In this document: positions 8,085 to 17,022 of the stretch, piece after piece
Layout of the letters: the number at the start of each line of letters is the position of its first letter
Position numbering within the stretch: the first letter of the stretch is position 1
Virus genome (UHGV): UHGV-1366990
Length of the DNA: 64,000 nucleotides
Direction: 5' to 3' (one strand)
Source: a virus
The notes under the pieces: model-generated
Databases searched by the model: none
Told to the model about the DNA's origin: nothing
Seen by the model: only the letters and a program-made list of their open reading frames with translations
Translations under genes and position numbers: made by a program

Positions 8085-11084
8085 TCAACCTTTCTTCTTT
8101 TGCATCATGGCAAGAAGGTTCACACGGCGCTTGTGTGACCAGCCGACCACGTCGAGGATAGACTGAATCGGATCAATGAAGGACTTCTCAAAGGCCGCCT
8201 GATAATCCACCCATTTGCCCAGACCAAGCTCCTCAGGGAAGAACTCAGGATATGCAAAGTAGTTCTGCCCAAACGGGTTGCCCGGCTTCAACAACACCAT
8301 CTGTACCTTATCACCCGACTCGATCATCGGTAGACCCAGATCTTCGTTCTTCTCAACCAGACGGTTGTAGCCCACACACGCCTTGGCAGCAAAATGAGCA
8401 CCAGAGATGAACGATCCGTCAGCAGCCACACACTTCTCTATGTCGGACACGCCGGAAGCCTTGGCGATATCGTCTACAGAGAGTTTCATGTACTCCTCTT
8501 TGTACTGGGAGATGAGCGCCTGTACTTCCTCTTCGGTGCCGAGTAGGATCTTCTCATAACACTTGACAAGACGCTCACGACACCATTCCGGCGTGGTGGA
8601 CTTGCGGGCTTCCAGACCTTTGAACTTGATCTTCGGCTTCTCGTACTTGATACCCTCACTGTCGTACACGGCCATGGCATACATCTTCTTGGCTCGCCAT
8701 ACAGCGGCTGACGCAATGACCTCACGCTCCCATACCATACGCTGTTCAAATCCGTTCATGGTGTTACACAGAAGCTGTGCCCACTCATTGGTCTTCGGCT
8801 GGTAGTTGTCTTTGATCCATTGGTCGATATTATCAACCATAGCATGATGGTCAGTAACATCAGGCCACAACTGCTTGACAAGACGCTCAATGCAGATGTA
8901 GTTGGAGTCGGTATCCCCTGCGATGACGAAGTCCTGGCCTGTTGTACCACACAGCTTGTTCAGATAGTCATCAGTGTAACGCTTGTTCCACTTGTTGATC
9001 AGCTGACCGGATGTGGTGATGGCTTCGGCAATGTTGAGGTTGAAGTACTCTTTGAACCAGACGTTCGAGATAGCGCCATAACCTGCGTTCATCAAGATCT
9101 TCAGACCTTGCTGTAGGGTATCTTGAGCGACGCCCAGGTCTTCCCACTTCTTCATCACTTCGGTCAGGGCATCAAGATCAATGTTCTTGTGCTCTTCATA
9201 CCACTCTGGGTCATAATAGCGAGACTTCATGGCAGACTCAAGATGGAAGTCACCCTTCGACATCTCTTTACACCAGCCAGCCCACTGCTCATACTTCAGA
9301 CCCTTAGCTTTCTCTACTTTACGGTCGCTGTAGATACCACGCATGATTTCAGACAGGAACGACATCTTCTCGTTGCTGAAGAATTGAACGTTCGGCGTGA
9401 ACGACACGTTGTAGCGGCGCAGGGTTTCAAAGTGGAACTCACCCAGGGCAACCAACTCATCAACAACCTGCAGGCGTTCGTCAACCGCACGCAACAGCTT
9501 GTCGTGAAGGGCTTTCATCAACCGACGTTTGTGCATCGGCGTTGCCATGTTATTCATCTGAGCAGCCAGCTCTTCACACATAGCCTCAATAATCTCACGG
9601 CGCTGGTGTTTGTCGCCAACGATAGTCTCAGGACCGAGGTTGTATTGCTGAATGATGTGAGGATACAGGGAGTTCAAATCTTCCGAGAAGACCCAGAAGT
9701 AGATTCCTGGTGTCACATCCATGACGTATGCACCCTCAAAGTCGGTCGGACCATCGTATACACGCTGGATCTTAGGCACTATGCCCTTCTCATACAGACG
9801 ATAGTAGCACATGGCCAGCCACGGAGCCACAGTGCCCAGACCGTCTTCATAGTTGGACTTGGTGCGGTAGGCCAGGACGAACATCAGCTGGAGCAGGCGC
9901 AGCTTCTGTTCAAGTCGCCATACCAGCTTAACGTCTTTGATACCATATCGGGTGTGTTTACAGTAGTCGTTGAAGTACAGATCAAAGAGCGACTTTCTCT
10001 CACTGTAGTCCATCTTCTTCTCACCCAGCTCACAATACGCAATCCAGTCAAGAGAGTAGCGTTCACGGGTGGTGTACGTGTGTTTCTTGTAGATCTGCAT
10101 ATAATCGAGCATAGGGCAACCCACGAACTGATACGTCGTGATATCGCCCTTCTTATCGCGAATGATACGCTTCTTAATGATACCCCAAGGACTGAGGCGC
10201 GACGTTTCAGCCTCACCCAGAACCTGATTCATGCGCTCAACGAGATAAGGGCTATCGAACGTCTCAATGTTCCAGCCTGTCCAGCCATCAAACTGACGCT
10301 GTGACCAGAAGTCTAGGAAAGATCGCAGCAGATCTTGTTCGGTGGTGAACTCCTGATAAACAACCTCAAGACCGCCGATCTCTTTGTCTTCGGTGTCATA
10401 GGCGAATTTGTTACGATCTTTGGCACAGGGCATACCCCAGACCATGAACTTATTGGTCGCCATATCCTGAAGCTGGATCAGGGTAATGGGGAACGCCGCA
10501 TTCATGTCTTGGGTGATCTTGCCGTTGCTGTCAATGATAGGGAACTGATCAGTGACGTTGTTGCTGATGAAAGAACCAGGGAAGTGCTCACGGATGAAGT
10601 CATGGTTGGCCAGTACCTGCTGATGGAAGCGGCGAATGCGCGCCTCATTCCCTTTGAACGTCTGCTGCTCAATGGTTGGGTGAGGGAATGGACCTTTGGT
10701 CATCTTTCCATCTTTCCACCCGGCGGAGAACACTTCGATATCGAGGTTAGCAATATGGATGTTGGAATAATCCGGCTCAATCTTTCCAGGAAAGCTATGG
10801 GCGATGAACTGGTATGCATAATCGGTCTGCCCGTAAATGGCAGCACCCTGGACTTCCTTGTACTCTTCAAGATAGTTGTCAGCGTCACGCATGGAAGGGA
10901 ACTGCTTGGCTACCAGGGGTTCATTGAGAAGGCCGACCTTTTCAACATTTGAATAGTCAGCCGTGGGTAAATAGAGAGTGGGTTCGAATTTCTTTTTCAA
11001 CAGACGGCGATTACCCATGTCATCTGCAATTCGAATCAACAGGTCATTGCCCCTGCGGGCAACGTTCGTATAGAAAACGGTCAT
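8085..11084 (-). CDS. gp43: DNA polymerase, family B (T4 gp43-like)
   Basis: 999 aa; N-terminus and overall layout parallel T4 gp43 (exonuclease then polymerase region); GGAG RBS. Confidence 0.93.
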   Translation of the reverse strand: MTVFYTNVARRGNDLLIRIADDMGNRRLLKKKFEPTLYLPTADYSNVEKVGLLNEPLVAKQFPSMRDADNYLEEYKEVQGAAIYGQTDYAYQFIAHSFPGKIEPDYSNIHIANLDIEVFSAGWKDGKMTKGPFPHPTIEQQTFKGNEARIRRFHQQVLANHDFIREHFPGSFISNNVTDQFPIIDSNGKITQDMNAAFPITLIQLQDMATNKFMVWGMPCAKDRNKFAYDTEDKEIGGLEVVYQEFTTEQDLLRSFLDFWSQRQFDGWTGWNIETFDSPYLVERMNQVLGEAETSRLSPWGIIKKRIIRDKKGDITTYQFVGCPMLDYMQIYKKHTYTTRERYSLDWIAYCELGEKKMDYSERKSLFDLYFNDYCKHTRYGIKDVKLVWRLEQKLRLLQLMFVLAYRTKSNYEDGLGTVAPWLAMCYYRLYEKGIVPKIQRVYDGPTDFEGAYVMDVTPGIYFWVFSEDLNSLYPHIIQQYNLGPETIVGDKHQRREIIEAMCEELAAQMNNMATPMHKRRLMKALHDKLLRAVDERLQVVDELVALGEFHFETLRRYNVSFTPNVQFFSNEKMSFLSEIMRGIYSDRKVEKAKGLKYEQWAGWCKEMSKGDFHLESAMKSRYYDPEWYEEHKNIDLDALTEVMKKWEDLGVAQDTLQQGLKILMNAGYGAISNVWFKEYFNLNIAEAITTSGQLINKWNKRYTDDYLNKLCGTTGQDFVIAGDTDSNYICIERLVKQLWPDVTDHHAMVDNIDQWIKDNYQPKTNEWAQLLCNTMNGFEQRMVWEREVIASAAVWRAKKMYAMAVYDSEGIKYEKPKIKFKGLEARKSTTPEWCRERLVKCYEKILLGTEEEVQALISQYKEEYMKLSVDDIAKASGVSDIEKCVAADGSFISGAHFAAKACVGYNRLVEKNEDLGLPMIESGDKVQMVLLKPGNPFGQNYFAYPEFFPEELGLGKWVDYQAAFEKSFIDPIQSILDVVGWSHKRRVNLLAMMQKKKG

Positions 11085-11163
11085 GTAATTCTCCAGGTTA
11101 TCCGTGCCGTTAGCACGTGGGCATATTTAACCATAGAGCCATTCATTGACCAAGGAGTTTATT

Positions 11164-11736
11164 ATGGCAATCCCCCTCGTTGGTATGATCCCAGGGGTGC
11201 TCAAGCAACTCTGGAACCTCGGGACTGATTTGATCCAATATAAGCGGGAAGTTGTACAGGCCAAACACGACGTCAAGCTGGAGGCCATCAAGTCCTCCTC
11301 AGATTGGGAGCTGTCTAAGATTACCGAAGTCGGCGGGTCTTGGAAAGACGAATTTTGGACTATCGTGTTGGCCATACCCGCCATCCTCGTCATGACTGCT
11401 CCGGTTGTGGAACTGATTCTGTTCCCTGGTGAGTATCATAAAGGGGATTTCATCAAAGCAGTAATCGGTGGCCTTCAGGCACTAGATACCGCACCTGAAT
11501 GGTATACCTATTCGTTATTGACAGCAATTAGTGCATCATTCGGTATCAAAGGCTACAACCACTACAAAAGCAACAGGCGAAAAGCCCAAGCTATGGATGC
11601 TCTCAAGCAATTTGGGGTTCGGGTCGTACAGAAAGATCCCACTGTTGTTACTCAGTCGGGTTCTCCCGATCTTGAGTCTGCTCCCCCAGCTGGGTCTACT
11701 GCGACCTCTGGTGCGTGGCCTGATCTGAAGAAATAA
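11164..11736 (+). CDS. membrane protein, unknown function
   Basis: ORF 11146..11736; ATG at 11164 with AAGGAG RBS; central TM helix; divergent from polymerase gene. Confidence 0.5.
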   Translation: MAIPLVGMIPGVLKQLWNLGTDLIQYKREVVQAKHDVKLEAIKSSSDWELSKITEVGGSWKDEFWTIVLAIPAILVMTAPVVELILFPGEYHKGDFIKAVIGGLQALDTAPEWYTYSLLTAISASFGIKGYNHYKSNRRKAQAMDALKQFGVRVVQKDPTVVTQSGSPDLESAPPAGSTATSGAWPDLKK

Positions 11737-11778
11737 GTTCAAGGGGAGGAAACTCCCCTTTCTTTTGGTGTTTAGGGA

Positions 11779-11991
11779 ATGAATGTGGTAAACAAGAGAT
11801 TGCTCGTCACCCAGGGCGGGGCGACGATAGTACGCGGAAGGATCTATGAACAAACACAGCTGGGAGATCATAAGACGCGCCTGACTGTTAAGGCTCCAGA
11901 TGGTGGTTGGCCGACAAAGGTGATTGTCCCAGACGGTCTCATAGAACGAGGATCGGCAACGTACAAGGGAGCAGAGTTCAAAATTTATTAA
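11779..11991 (+). CDS. hypothetical protein (70 aa)
   Basis: ORF only; weak RBS. Confidence 0.35.
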   Translation: MNVVNKRLLVTQGGATIVRGRIYEQTQLGDHKTRLTVKAPDGGWPTKVIVPDGLIERGSATYKGAEFKIY

Positions 11992-12009
11992 AATATTTAT
12001 TGAATAAAG

Positions 12010-12038
12010 TTTACTTCTTCAATAACTGGTGTATACTT
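12010..12038 (+). promoter_or_regulatory. sigma70-type early promoter (-35 TTTACT, 17 nt, -10 TATACT) with conserved leader
   Basis: One of three near-identical ~90-nt elements (also ~47132 and ~56394) ending in GAAGGAnCTATATCATG. Confidence 0.4.
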
Positions 12039-12081
12039 CTAATTGTAGTACGAACAACAATCTGAAGAGAAGGACTATATC

Positions 12082-12633
12082 ATGACAATGCCAAAAACTG
12101 CTGTCCGTATCGCTGTTGAGCCTCTGTTGTCGCAGGCCGAAGAAGCTGCCGAGCAGTACGCGAACAAAATCATCAAGAACGTGATGGACGATCTAGCCGC
12201 CAACGGCTGGGATCTTCAGAAGTGCGCCCCTTGGCCATCAACTGTTGGCGTCAGAATGGGACATCACGATTACCATCGGATGAAGGCAAAGCAGTCTTTG
12301 TATATGAGCCTGACCGCCGACAATAACCCGCCGAACCGCTCTTATCAAGTGGGTGCGCCTAACATCGTCAAGGCCGATCCAGAGCGCCAGCGTCTGTTCA
12401 TCAAGGAAGCCCGTTGCAACGCTGCCCATCAGTATGAATCTTTCATTTGCAAACTGGAAGACAAGATTGGTAGCCACAGCGCGGCTGTGCTGGACGGTTC
12501 TCACATTTGGGGGCATTCAATCCTGACCGTGACTACCCCGGAAGGGATCCAGCGCTGGAAGACCCAGACGATCATCAACGTCTCTAAGCTGGGCAAACTC
12601 TTTAACCAATATCCAACTCGCAAGGTGAAATGA
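12082..12633 (+). CDS. hypothetical protein (183 aa)
   Basis: ORF downstream of conserved promoter/leader; GAAGGA RBS. Confidence 0.55.
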   Translation: MTMPKTAVRIAVEPLLSQAEEAAEQYANKIIKNVMDDLAANGWDLQKCAPWPSTVGVRMGHHDYHRMKAKQSLYMSLTADNNPPNRSYQVGAPNIVKADPERQRLFIKEARCNAAHQYESFICKLEDKIGSHSAAVLDGSHIWGHSILTVTTPEGIQRWKTQTIINVSKLGKLFNQYPTRKVK

Positions 12634-12658
12634 AGAAAGGGGCGTTAAGCCCCTTTTC
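12634..12658. terminator. bidirectional intrinsic terminator (aaaggggcgttaagcccctttt)
   Basis: Perfect GC stem flanked by A-run and T-run between convergent genes. Confidence 0.5.
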
Positions 12659-13117
12659 TTATTCTTCCCAGAAGTCTTCGTCGTCCCCGACAGCAGCCAG
12701 TTCCGTGTCCAGTTCTTCATCGGTAAACGGTGGCAGCACCCCGTTCTGAATCAGATAATCCATCTCATCGTCTTCCAGCTGCAGGTCGGTGGCAATATAC
12801 AGCGCTCCACTGCCTTCTTCGTCCGTCTCGATGCTGTATGAAGTGTATGGCACCCCATTCACTGTAATGATGATAGAGGTCGGATCCTTGGGATCTACGT
12901 GCGCCTCGAACGGCACACCATCAATCGGTGCATCTTCCAGGAAGGTGGCAAGAGCTACGGCGGCGCGGACAACATCAGTGCCTTCAACGCCCGCATAGAT
13001 CTCTTCCGCGCCTGTCTCTTCACGATCAAACAGCTCAATCGTGATACCGTCTTGAACACCAGTCCATACAGGGATGTCATTGGTGTATTCTGATTCAAAC
13101 AATTTGGAGGTTGGCAT
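12659..13117 (-). CDS. highly acidic protein (152 aa)
   Basis: ORF with GAGGAAC RBS; preceded on minus strand by two CTAAATACCCC late-promoter-like motifs. Confidence 0.55.
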   Translation of the reverse strand: MPTSKLFESEYTNDIPVWTGVQDGITIELFDREETGAEEIYAGVEGTDVVRAAVALATFLEDAPIDGVPFEAHVDPKDPTSIIITVNGVPYTSYSIETDEEGSGALYIATDLQLEDDEMDYLIQNGVLPPFTDEELDTELAAVGDDEDFWEE

Positions 13118-13145
13118 GTTAGGTTCCTCAGTGGGTTAGCCATAT

Positions 13146-13239
13146 GGGGTATTTAGGCAGGCCTGGTTTGTACAGGACGCCTCTAGGAAATATTGGAGGA
13201 AGGTTTCATAGATACCCCACACTGGTTGTATGGGGTATT
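13146..13239 (-). promoter_or_regulatory. two tandem late-promoter-like CTAAATACCCC motifs (minus strand), one with GGGGTAT inverted partner
   Basis: Reverse complement of ggggtatttag at 13146-13156 and 13229-13239; hairpin 13212-13238. Confidence 0.35.
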
Positions 13240-13248
13240 TAGGAGGGA

Positions 13249-14442
13249 TCAGGAAGGGGTGAATTCGTTTACAGGTATTGCTTCGGGGATAGCCAGTTCA
13301 GGGCATGCTGCCTTCATCGGATCGATGTATGGCTTGCTACCCACAATCCAGAACAGAGTGTTCTCGTTGAGCAACTCGGGCTTGTGTTGCTGAACCCAGG
13401 TCATGACCTTGCCTTCATAGCGAGGATGCAACTCAATATCGCCCCACTGATATTCCATCAGGTCATTGTAACGAACCCAATTAGTAGTATGAAGATCCCA
13501 ATGGTGTACCTCAAAGCGAGGAAGCACGACCTCTGGCTCTTCCTTCTGCCTGATACCACTTAGGAGGCCAGCCAGCGAAACGCTCTTAGAGGCATGCTGA
13601 AGCTCCTTCTTGCCGTGTACATAGTCTGGGTTGTCGTGATAGCGACGGGTGAAGTCGACAATGTGCGGCAGATTGGCATGTTTGCCGATGATGCGCAGAC
13701 GGCTCTCGATAAAGTCAAGGCGGTTAGGACCGATGCCGATCAGATACACGCGCTTCAGATTAGGCTTCGGGTGCATTGCCAGCCCGGTCAGGATGCTTGT
13801 GCAAGAGTTGCACGATCCGGCTGGGATGATCAGGTCGGTAATGTGATCAGGAATGTTGGCAACCTGCTCGCCACCCAGCATATGGAAGCCAGCGATGCGC
13901 TCAGGAGAATGCGCTGTATGGTCGAGGGTGATACCATACTCCAGATAATACGCCTTTGGATTCTGTTGTTCGATCAACTTCTTACAGCGCGGCTGGATCG
14001 TGCTGTTGTAACCCGATCCGACGAAGTTGAACTCACTACCAAACCAGGCTGACATTGCCACCATTTCATGGTTCATACAGGTGGTGGGTTTGGTCGCTCC
14101 GAGTACAGTGGTTGTCTTACCACCGAAGTGTCGAGAGACTGCTGTCGCCATAGGGGACTGCGGACTACCAACGACAGTACCATGGATGATGTCAGGGGAG
14201 CCTCCGGCCTTGAGGTGCTCAACCATCAACCAGATGGCCTGGCGGAGTTTGCTGCCGTTGATGCCCTGCTGTCCATTTGCATAATTGGACAGCGGCGCAA
14301 AATAATCTTCACGCTTGAACCAGACCTGCTGATTGGTTTCGGGGTTGACGACAAGTTCGCACGGGGTGTGCTTGTAGAGATAATCTTCCCAATGGACCAG
14401 GTTGCGGTCGAGGGAAAGGGTATCGAAGATGGTCATGTTCAT
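13249..14442 (-). CDS. PLP-dependent enzyme, fold-type II (ACC deaminase / D-cysteine desulfhydrase-like)
   Basis: 397 aa; KREDYFAPLSNYANGQQGINGSKLRQ resembles KREDL..GGNKxRKLE PLP-lysine motif; AGGAGA RBS. Confidence 0.6.
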   Translation of the reverse strand: MNMTIFDTLSLDRNLVHWEDYLYKHTPCELVVNPETNQQVWFKREDYFAPLSNYANGQQGINGSKLRQAIWLMVEHLKAGGSPDIIHGTVVGSPQSPMATAVSRHFGGKTTTVLGATKPTTCMNHEMVAMSAWFGSEFNFVGSGYNSTIQPRCKKLIEQQNPKAYYLEYGITLDHTAHSPERIAGFHMLGGEQVANIPDHITDLIIPAGSCNSCTSILTGLAMHPKPNLKRVYLIGIGPNRLDFIESRLRIIGKHANLPHIVDFTRRYHDNPDYVHGKKELQHASKSVSLAGLLSGIRQKEEPEVVLPRFEVHHWDLHTTNWVRYNDLMEYQWGDIELHPRYEGKVMTWVQQHKPELLNENTLFWIVGSKPYIDPMKAACPELAIPEAIPVNEFTPS

Positions 14443-14511
14443 TCTATTTCTCCTGTAGACATTGGCTTATCATAGCGTATCTACAGGAATATAGAAAAGG
14501 AGAATCTCGGA

Positions 14512-15168
14512 TTACTTCTTGAACAGACGAAGGAACTTCATCATGTTTTCCATGAAAGTCGGCTTCTTGACCTTTTGTTTTACCGGAGCGCCCTGATCAT
14601 TCAGAACACGACTGACCGGAGGAGTAGGTGGTGTCGGCGCTTTCGTTTCACAGGCCGGAACGATGTTCACGTCATGATGAGAAGACTCAGATGTAGTGTT
14701 AACAACATTGTTCTCCTGGGCGACAGGCTTGACGAGATTCTTTTCATACTCGCGAGCCATGGCCTGGTACATCAGATTCAAATCCATCAGATCAACAGAC
14801 TTGACCTTGCGACGACGCCAATTGGCGCTTTCTTCGCCATAGAAATCATATCCGTTTCTGATCAGCCAGTGCACGGCTTGTTCAAACGAACCGAAGACCA
14901 TAAGTGGAGCGCCCTGGCCTTTCTCAGATTGTTCCAGGCTACCATAACCCATCAGCACAACCTGGCCTTTGATACTCAAATCAAACGTCATACCAAGGTT
15001 CGGGATGTTTTTATCGCGGCGGAAGAACCCGCCATCACGGTAGACGTAAACAGGCGACAGGAACTCATTCAGAGTGCGCTTGACACCCTTGTATTGGAAG
15101 AGTCTGGCAATTGGAGGGGTGTCATGGGAAATCACTTCGTTCAATTCCCAGATAGAAACATTACGCAT
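14512..15168 (-). CDS. hypothetical protein (218 aa)
   Basis: ORF with GAGGA RBS; first gene after tRNA-cluster terminator. Confidence 0.5.
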   Translation of the reverse strand: MRNVSIWELNEVISHDTPPIARLFQYKGVKRTLNEFLSPVYVYRDGGFFRRDKNIPNLGMTFDLSIKGQVVLMGYGSLEQSEKGQGAPLMVFGSFEQAVHWLIRNGYDFYGEESANWRRRKVKSVDLMDLNLMYQAMAREYEKNLVKPVAQENNVVNTTSESSHHDVNIVPACETKAPTPPTPPVSRVLNDQGAPVKQKVKKPTFMENMMKFLRLFKK

Positions 15169-15290
15169 TAGTGTATCCTCAAATCTATGATAGGGGGTTA
15201 ACGGTTAAATTTTAAACCCCCTTTGTATCATTGAACAAACTACGATAAAGGAGGACATGCTTGGGTCGATAAGAAGATAATAAGACAGGG

Positions 15291-15322
15291 ATAAAAAGAA
15301 AGCCGGATAGGATATCCGGCTA
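15291..15322 (-). terminator. intrinsic terminator closing the minus-strand tRNA cluster
   Basis: Hairpin agccggatag/gatatccggct followed on minus strand by ttcttttt. Confidence 0.5.
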
Positions 15323-15377
15323 TACCACATCGATGGGATGGGTTGAAAGACTACACGCTTGCACTGGTACTACCCTA

Positions 15378-15406
15378 TGGGAGAGCGCGTCAGGAGTCGA
15401 ACCTGA
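15378..15406 (-). other. tRNA-like T-arm hairpin (perfect TCAGG-TTCGACT-CCTGA) without a foldable cloverleaf; possible degenerate tRNA
   Basis: Canonical T-loop on minus strand but no matching acceptor 5' strand found by hand. Confidence 0.25.
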
Positions 15407-15537
15407 AGTCGTCGACGTAGAGAAAGCTATTTGCATTTCACTATCCTCGTCGCGATTTTCTTAACTTCCTAAACACCCGATTACGAGAGAGTCGACATGC
15501 ACATCTTCTAACTCTTCAGGAAGTCACGCCCGTAATT

Positions 15538-15626
15538 TGGCGGAAGGTGAAGGATTCGAACCTTCGGGGGCTAAAAGCCCCACTCGATTAGCAGTCGAGT
15601 CCCTTAAACCTCTCGGGCAACCTTCC
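15538..15626 (-). tRNA. tRNA-Ser (anticodon GCU), type II with long variable arm, CCA encoded
   Basis: Hand-folded: acceptor GGAAGGT/ACCTTCC, anticodon stem CTCGA/TCGAG, loop CTGCTAA, variable stem GGGGC/GCCCC, T-arm GAAGG-TTCGAAT-CCTTC. Confidence 0.85.
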
Positions 15627-15847
15627 AATTTGGACGGGCTTCACACCCGATTGAGCATTTGATCTGCCGTAGCCCAACTCCCCGCGCTTCTCAGCGCCGA
15701 TTGGTTAACTGGCGACCAGTGCCTTCTGGTTCGATCTCCTGGAACTTTACAGGCTTTGCGCCCGACCATTTCTGGAAGTTGGGGCATCGTTTCCGATGCG
15801 GAGTCATCCCCATTTTATACACAGCTGGCTGCAACGCTTACTGTGTT

Positions 15848-15891
15848 TGGTGTGAGTGGATGGATTCGAACCACCGCGCTGTTACACTCAC
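15848..15891 (-). other. tRNA-like minihelix: acceptor-like stem plus canonical T-arm and encoded CCA, no D or anticodon arm
   Basis: GTGAGTG...GGTGG-TTCGAAT-CCATC-CACTCAC-A-CCA on minus strand. Confidence 0.25.
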
Positions 15892-16148
15892 ATTTGGTCT
15901 GCCGCTGTGTGCTGGGCCACGCTCGAGGACATCGGCCATCCTTCCTCAGCTAATCCACGCAGCGGTAGATTTGTATCAGAGTGTCCGGTGTAGCAACCCG
16001 TGAGGTGCGCACTACTGTAGCCTCTACACTCTGAATTTGGTGGGCGCTACTATCGTCGTCTTCGGATTCCGTTCGGCTATTGGACAGAGGCTTGGAGCTT
16101 GTCGGTCGCGTACTTTATGCCTATTCACTTTCGTTCACACCCATTGTC

Positions 16149-16224
16149 TGGCGACGATGGCAGGACTTGAACCTGCGACATACGGTTTAACAGACCGCCG
16201 TTCTACCGACTGAACTACATCGTC
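16149..16224 (-). tRNA. tRNA-Asn (anticodon GUU), CCA encoded
   Basis: Hand-folded: acceptor GACGATG/CATCGTC, D-arm GTTC-AGTCGGTA-GAAC, anticodon loop CTGTTAA, T-arm GCAGG-TTCAAGT-CCTGC. Confidence 0.85.
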
Positions 16225-16395
16225 TTGCAAATCACTATACCATATAAAGTTTATTGAACAAACATTTATTTTACAACAAACTGTATTGGCGGGGTCTGAG
16301 GCTTTTCACCTCACCTGCTGGGTTTGGCCGCCCAGCCGTTCTCTATGAGGATTCACTGTCCGGACAGCTATCCATTAAACTATCGCCCCTCAATA

Positions 16396-16472
16396 TGGTG
16401 ATCCTGATTGGGTTTGAACCAATGACCAATGAATTATGAGTTCACTGCTCTAACCGACTGAGCTACAGGACC
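16396..16472 (-). tRNA. tRNA-Met (anticodon CAU; initiator/elongator/Ile-lysidine not distinguished), CCA encoded
   Basis: Hand-folded: acceptor GGTCCTG/CAGGATC, D-arm GCTC-AGTCGGTTA-GAGC, anticodon loop CTCATAA, T-arm ATTGG-TTCAAAC-CCAAT. Confidence 0.85.
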
Positions 16473-16684
16473 AAATTATTGTGTACCAACCAAGGACTGT
16501 CAACCCTTTATCCCGTTTGTGTATGATCAGTTCATGCATGCCTCTTTGTGCTGCCTCACGGCATGCGCTTCTGTGGGTCTTTGGCTTGCACCATAGCCTC
16601 GCCACAGGCGTTTATTTTTCCAGGGCTTTCCACTTACAAGTCTTAACCAGACCGGGATACGGGCTTGTAAGATCGGGTTGGACA

Positions 16685-16762
16685 CAACTTTGATAGCTCT
16701 GGTACTAAAGATCCCGCGTCACCCATAGACATGGTTTATAAAATCCAGAGCTATCAAAGTTG
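16685..16762. repeat. perfect 18-bp inverted repeat (caactttgatagctctgg / ccagagctatcaaagttg) around a 42-nt loop
   Basis: Read directly from sequence: 16685-16702 pairs with 16745-16762. Confidence 0.6.
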
Positions 16763-16783
16763 CACCCAATGCTCTCTCAAGTT

Positions 16784-16909
16784 CACAAATCGAAGTGCCC
16801 TGACTCAACAGTATGGCCCAATATGCTGTTATCGTCCACCGGATTGGCCGCCCAATTTGTAGATCAACCTTTGGGTTTAAGATAAATTGTCAAGACACTT
16901 CGATTTGTG
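16784..16909. repeat. perfect 14-bp inverted repeat (cacaaatcgaagtg / cacttcgatttgtg) spanning ~100 nt
   Basis: 16784-16797 pairs with 16896-16909; both arms followed by CCC. Confidence 0.5.
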
Positions 16910-16994
16910 TGCCCTTCACCTGCCAGGGATCAGGGCTGATGGCAAGACTTCGCTCACATCTTTCAAGATACTCGTGAGAATATCCTCAAAGATG

Positions 16995-17022
16995 TGGAGC
17001 CGTTTTTAGGAGTCGAACCCAA
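16995..17022 (-). other. tRNA-like 3' end (CCA, acceptor-like strand, T-arm TTGGG-TTCGACT-CCTAA) without complete cloverleaf
   Basis: T-loop consensus on minus strand; no 5' acceptor partner found. Confidence 0.2.

Noticed and set aside
9123-10304. 393-aa plus-strand ORF antisense to the DNA polymerase gene
   Set aside because: Entirely inside the well-supported polymerase ORF on the other strand; Leu/Val/His/Arg-rich antisense-type composition
11127-11393. 88-aa minus-strand ORF overlapping the 11164..11736 gene
   Set aside because: Overlaps a plus-strand gene with a strong AAGGAG RBS and has no RBS of its own
15659-16003. Plus-strand ORFs of 114 and 65 aa (15659..16003, 15756..15953) inside the tRNA region
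   Set aside because: TTG starts, no RBS, Cys/Trp/Arg-rich translation, and they overlap tRNA-like hairpins on the opposite strand; judged non-coding
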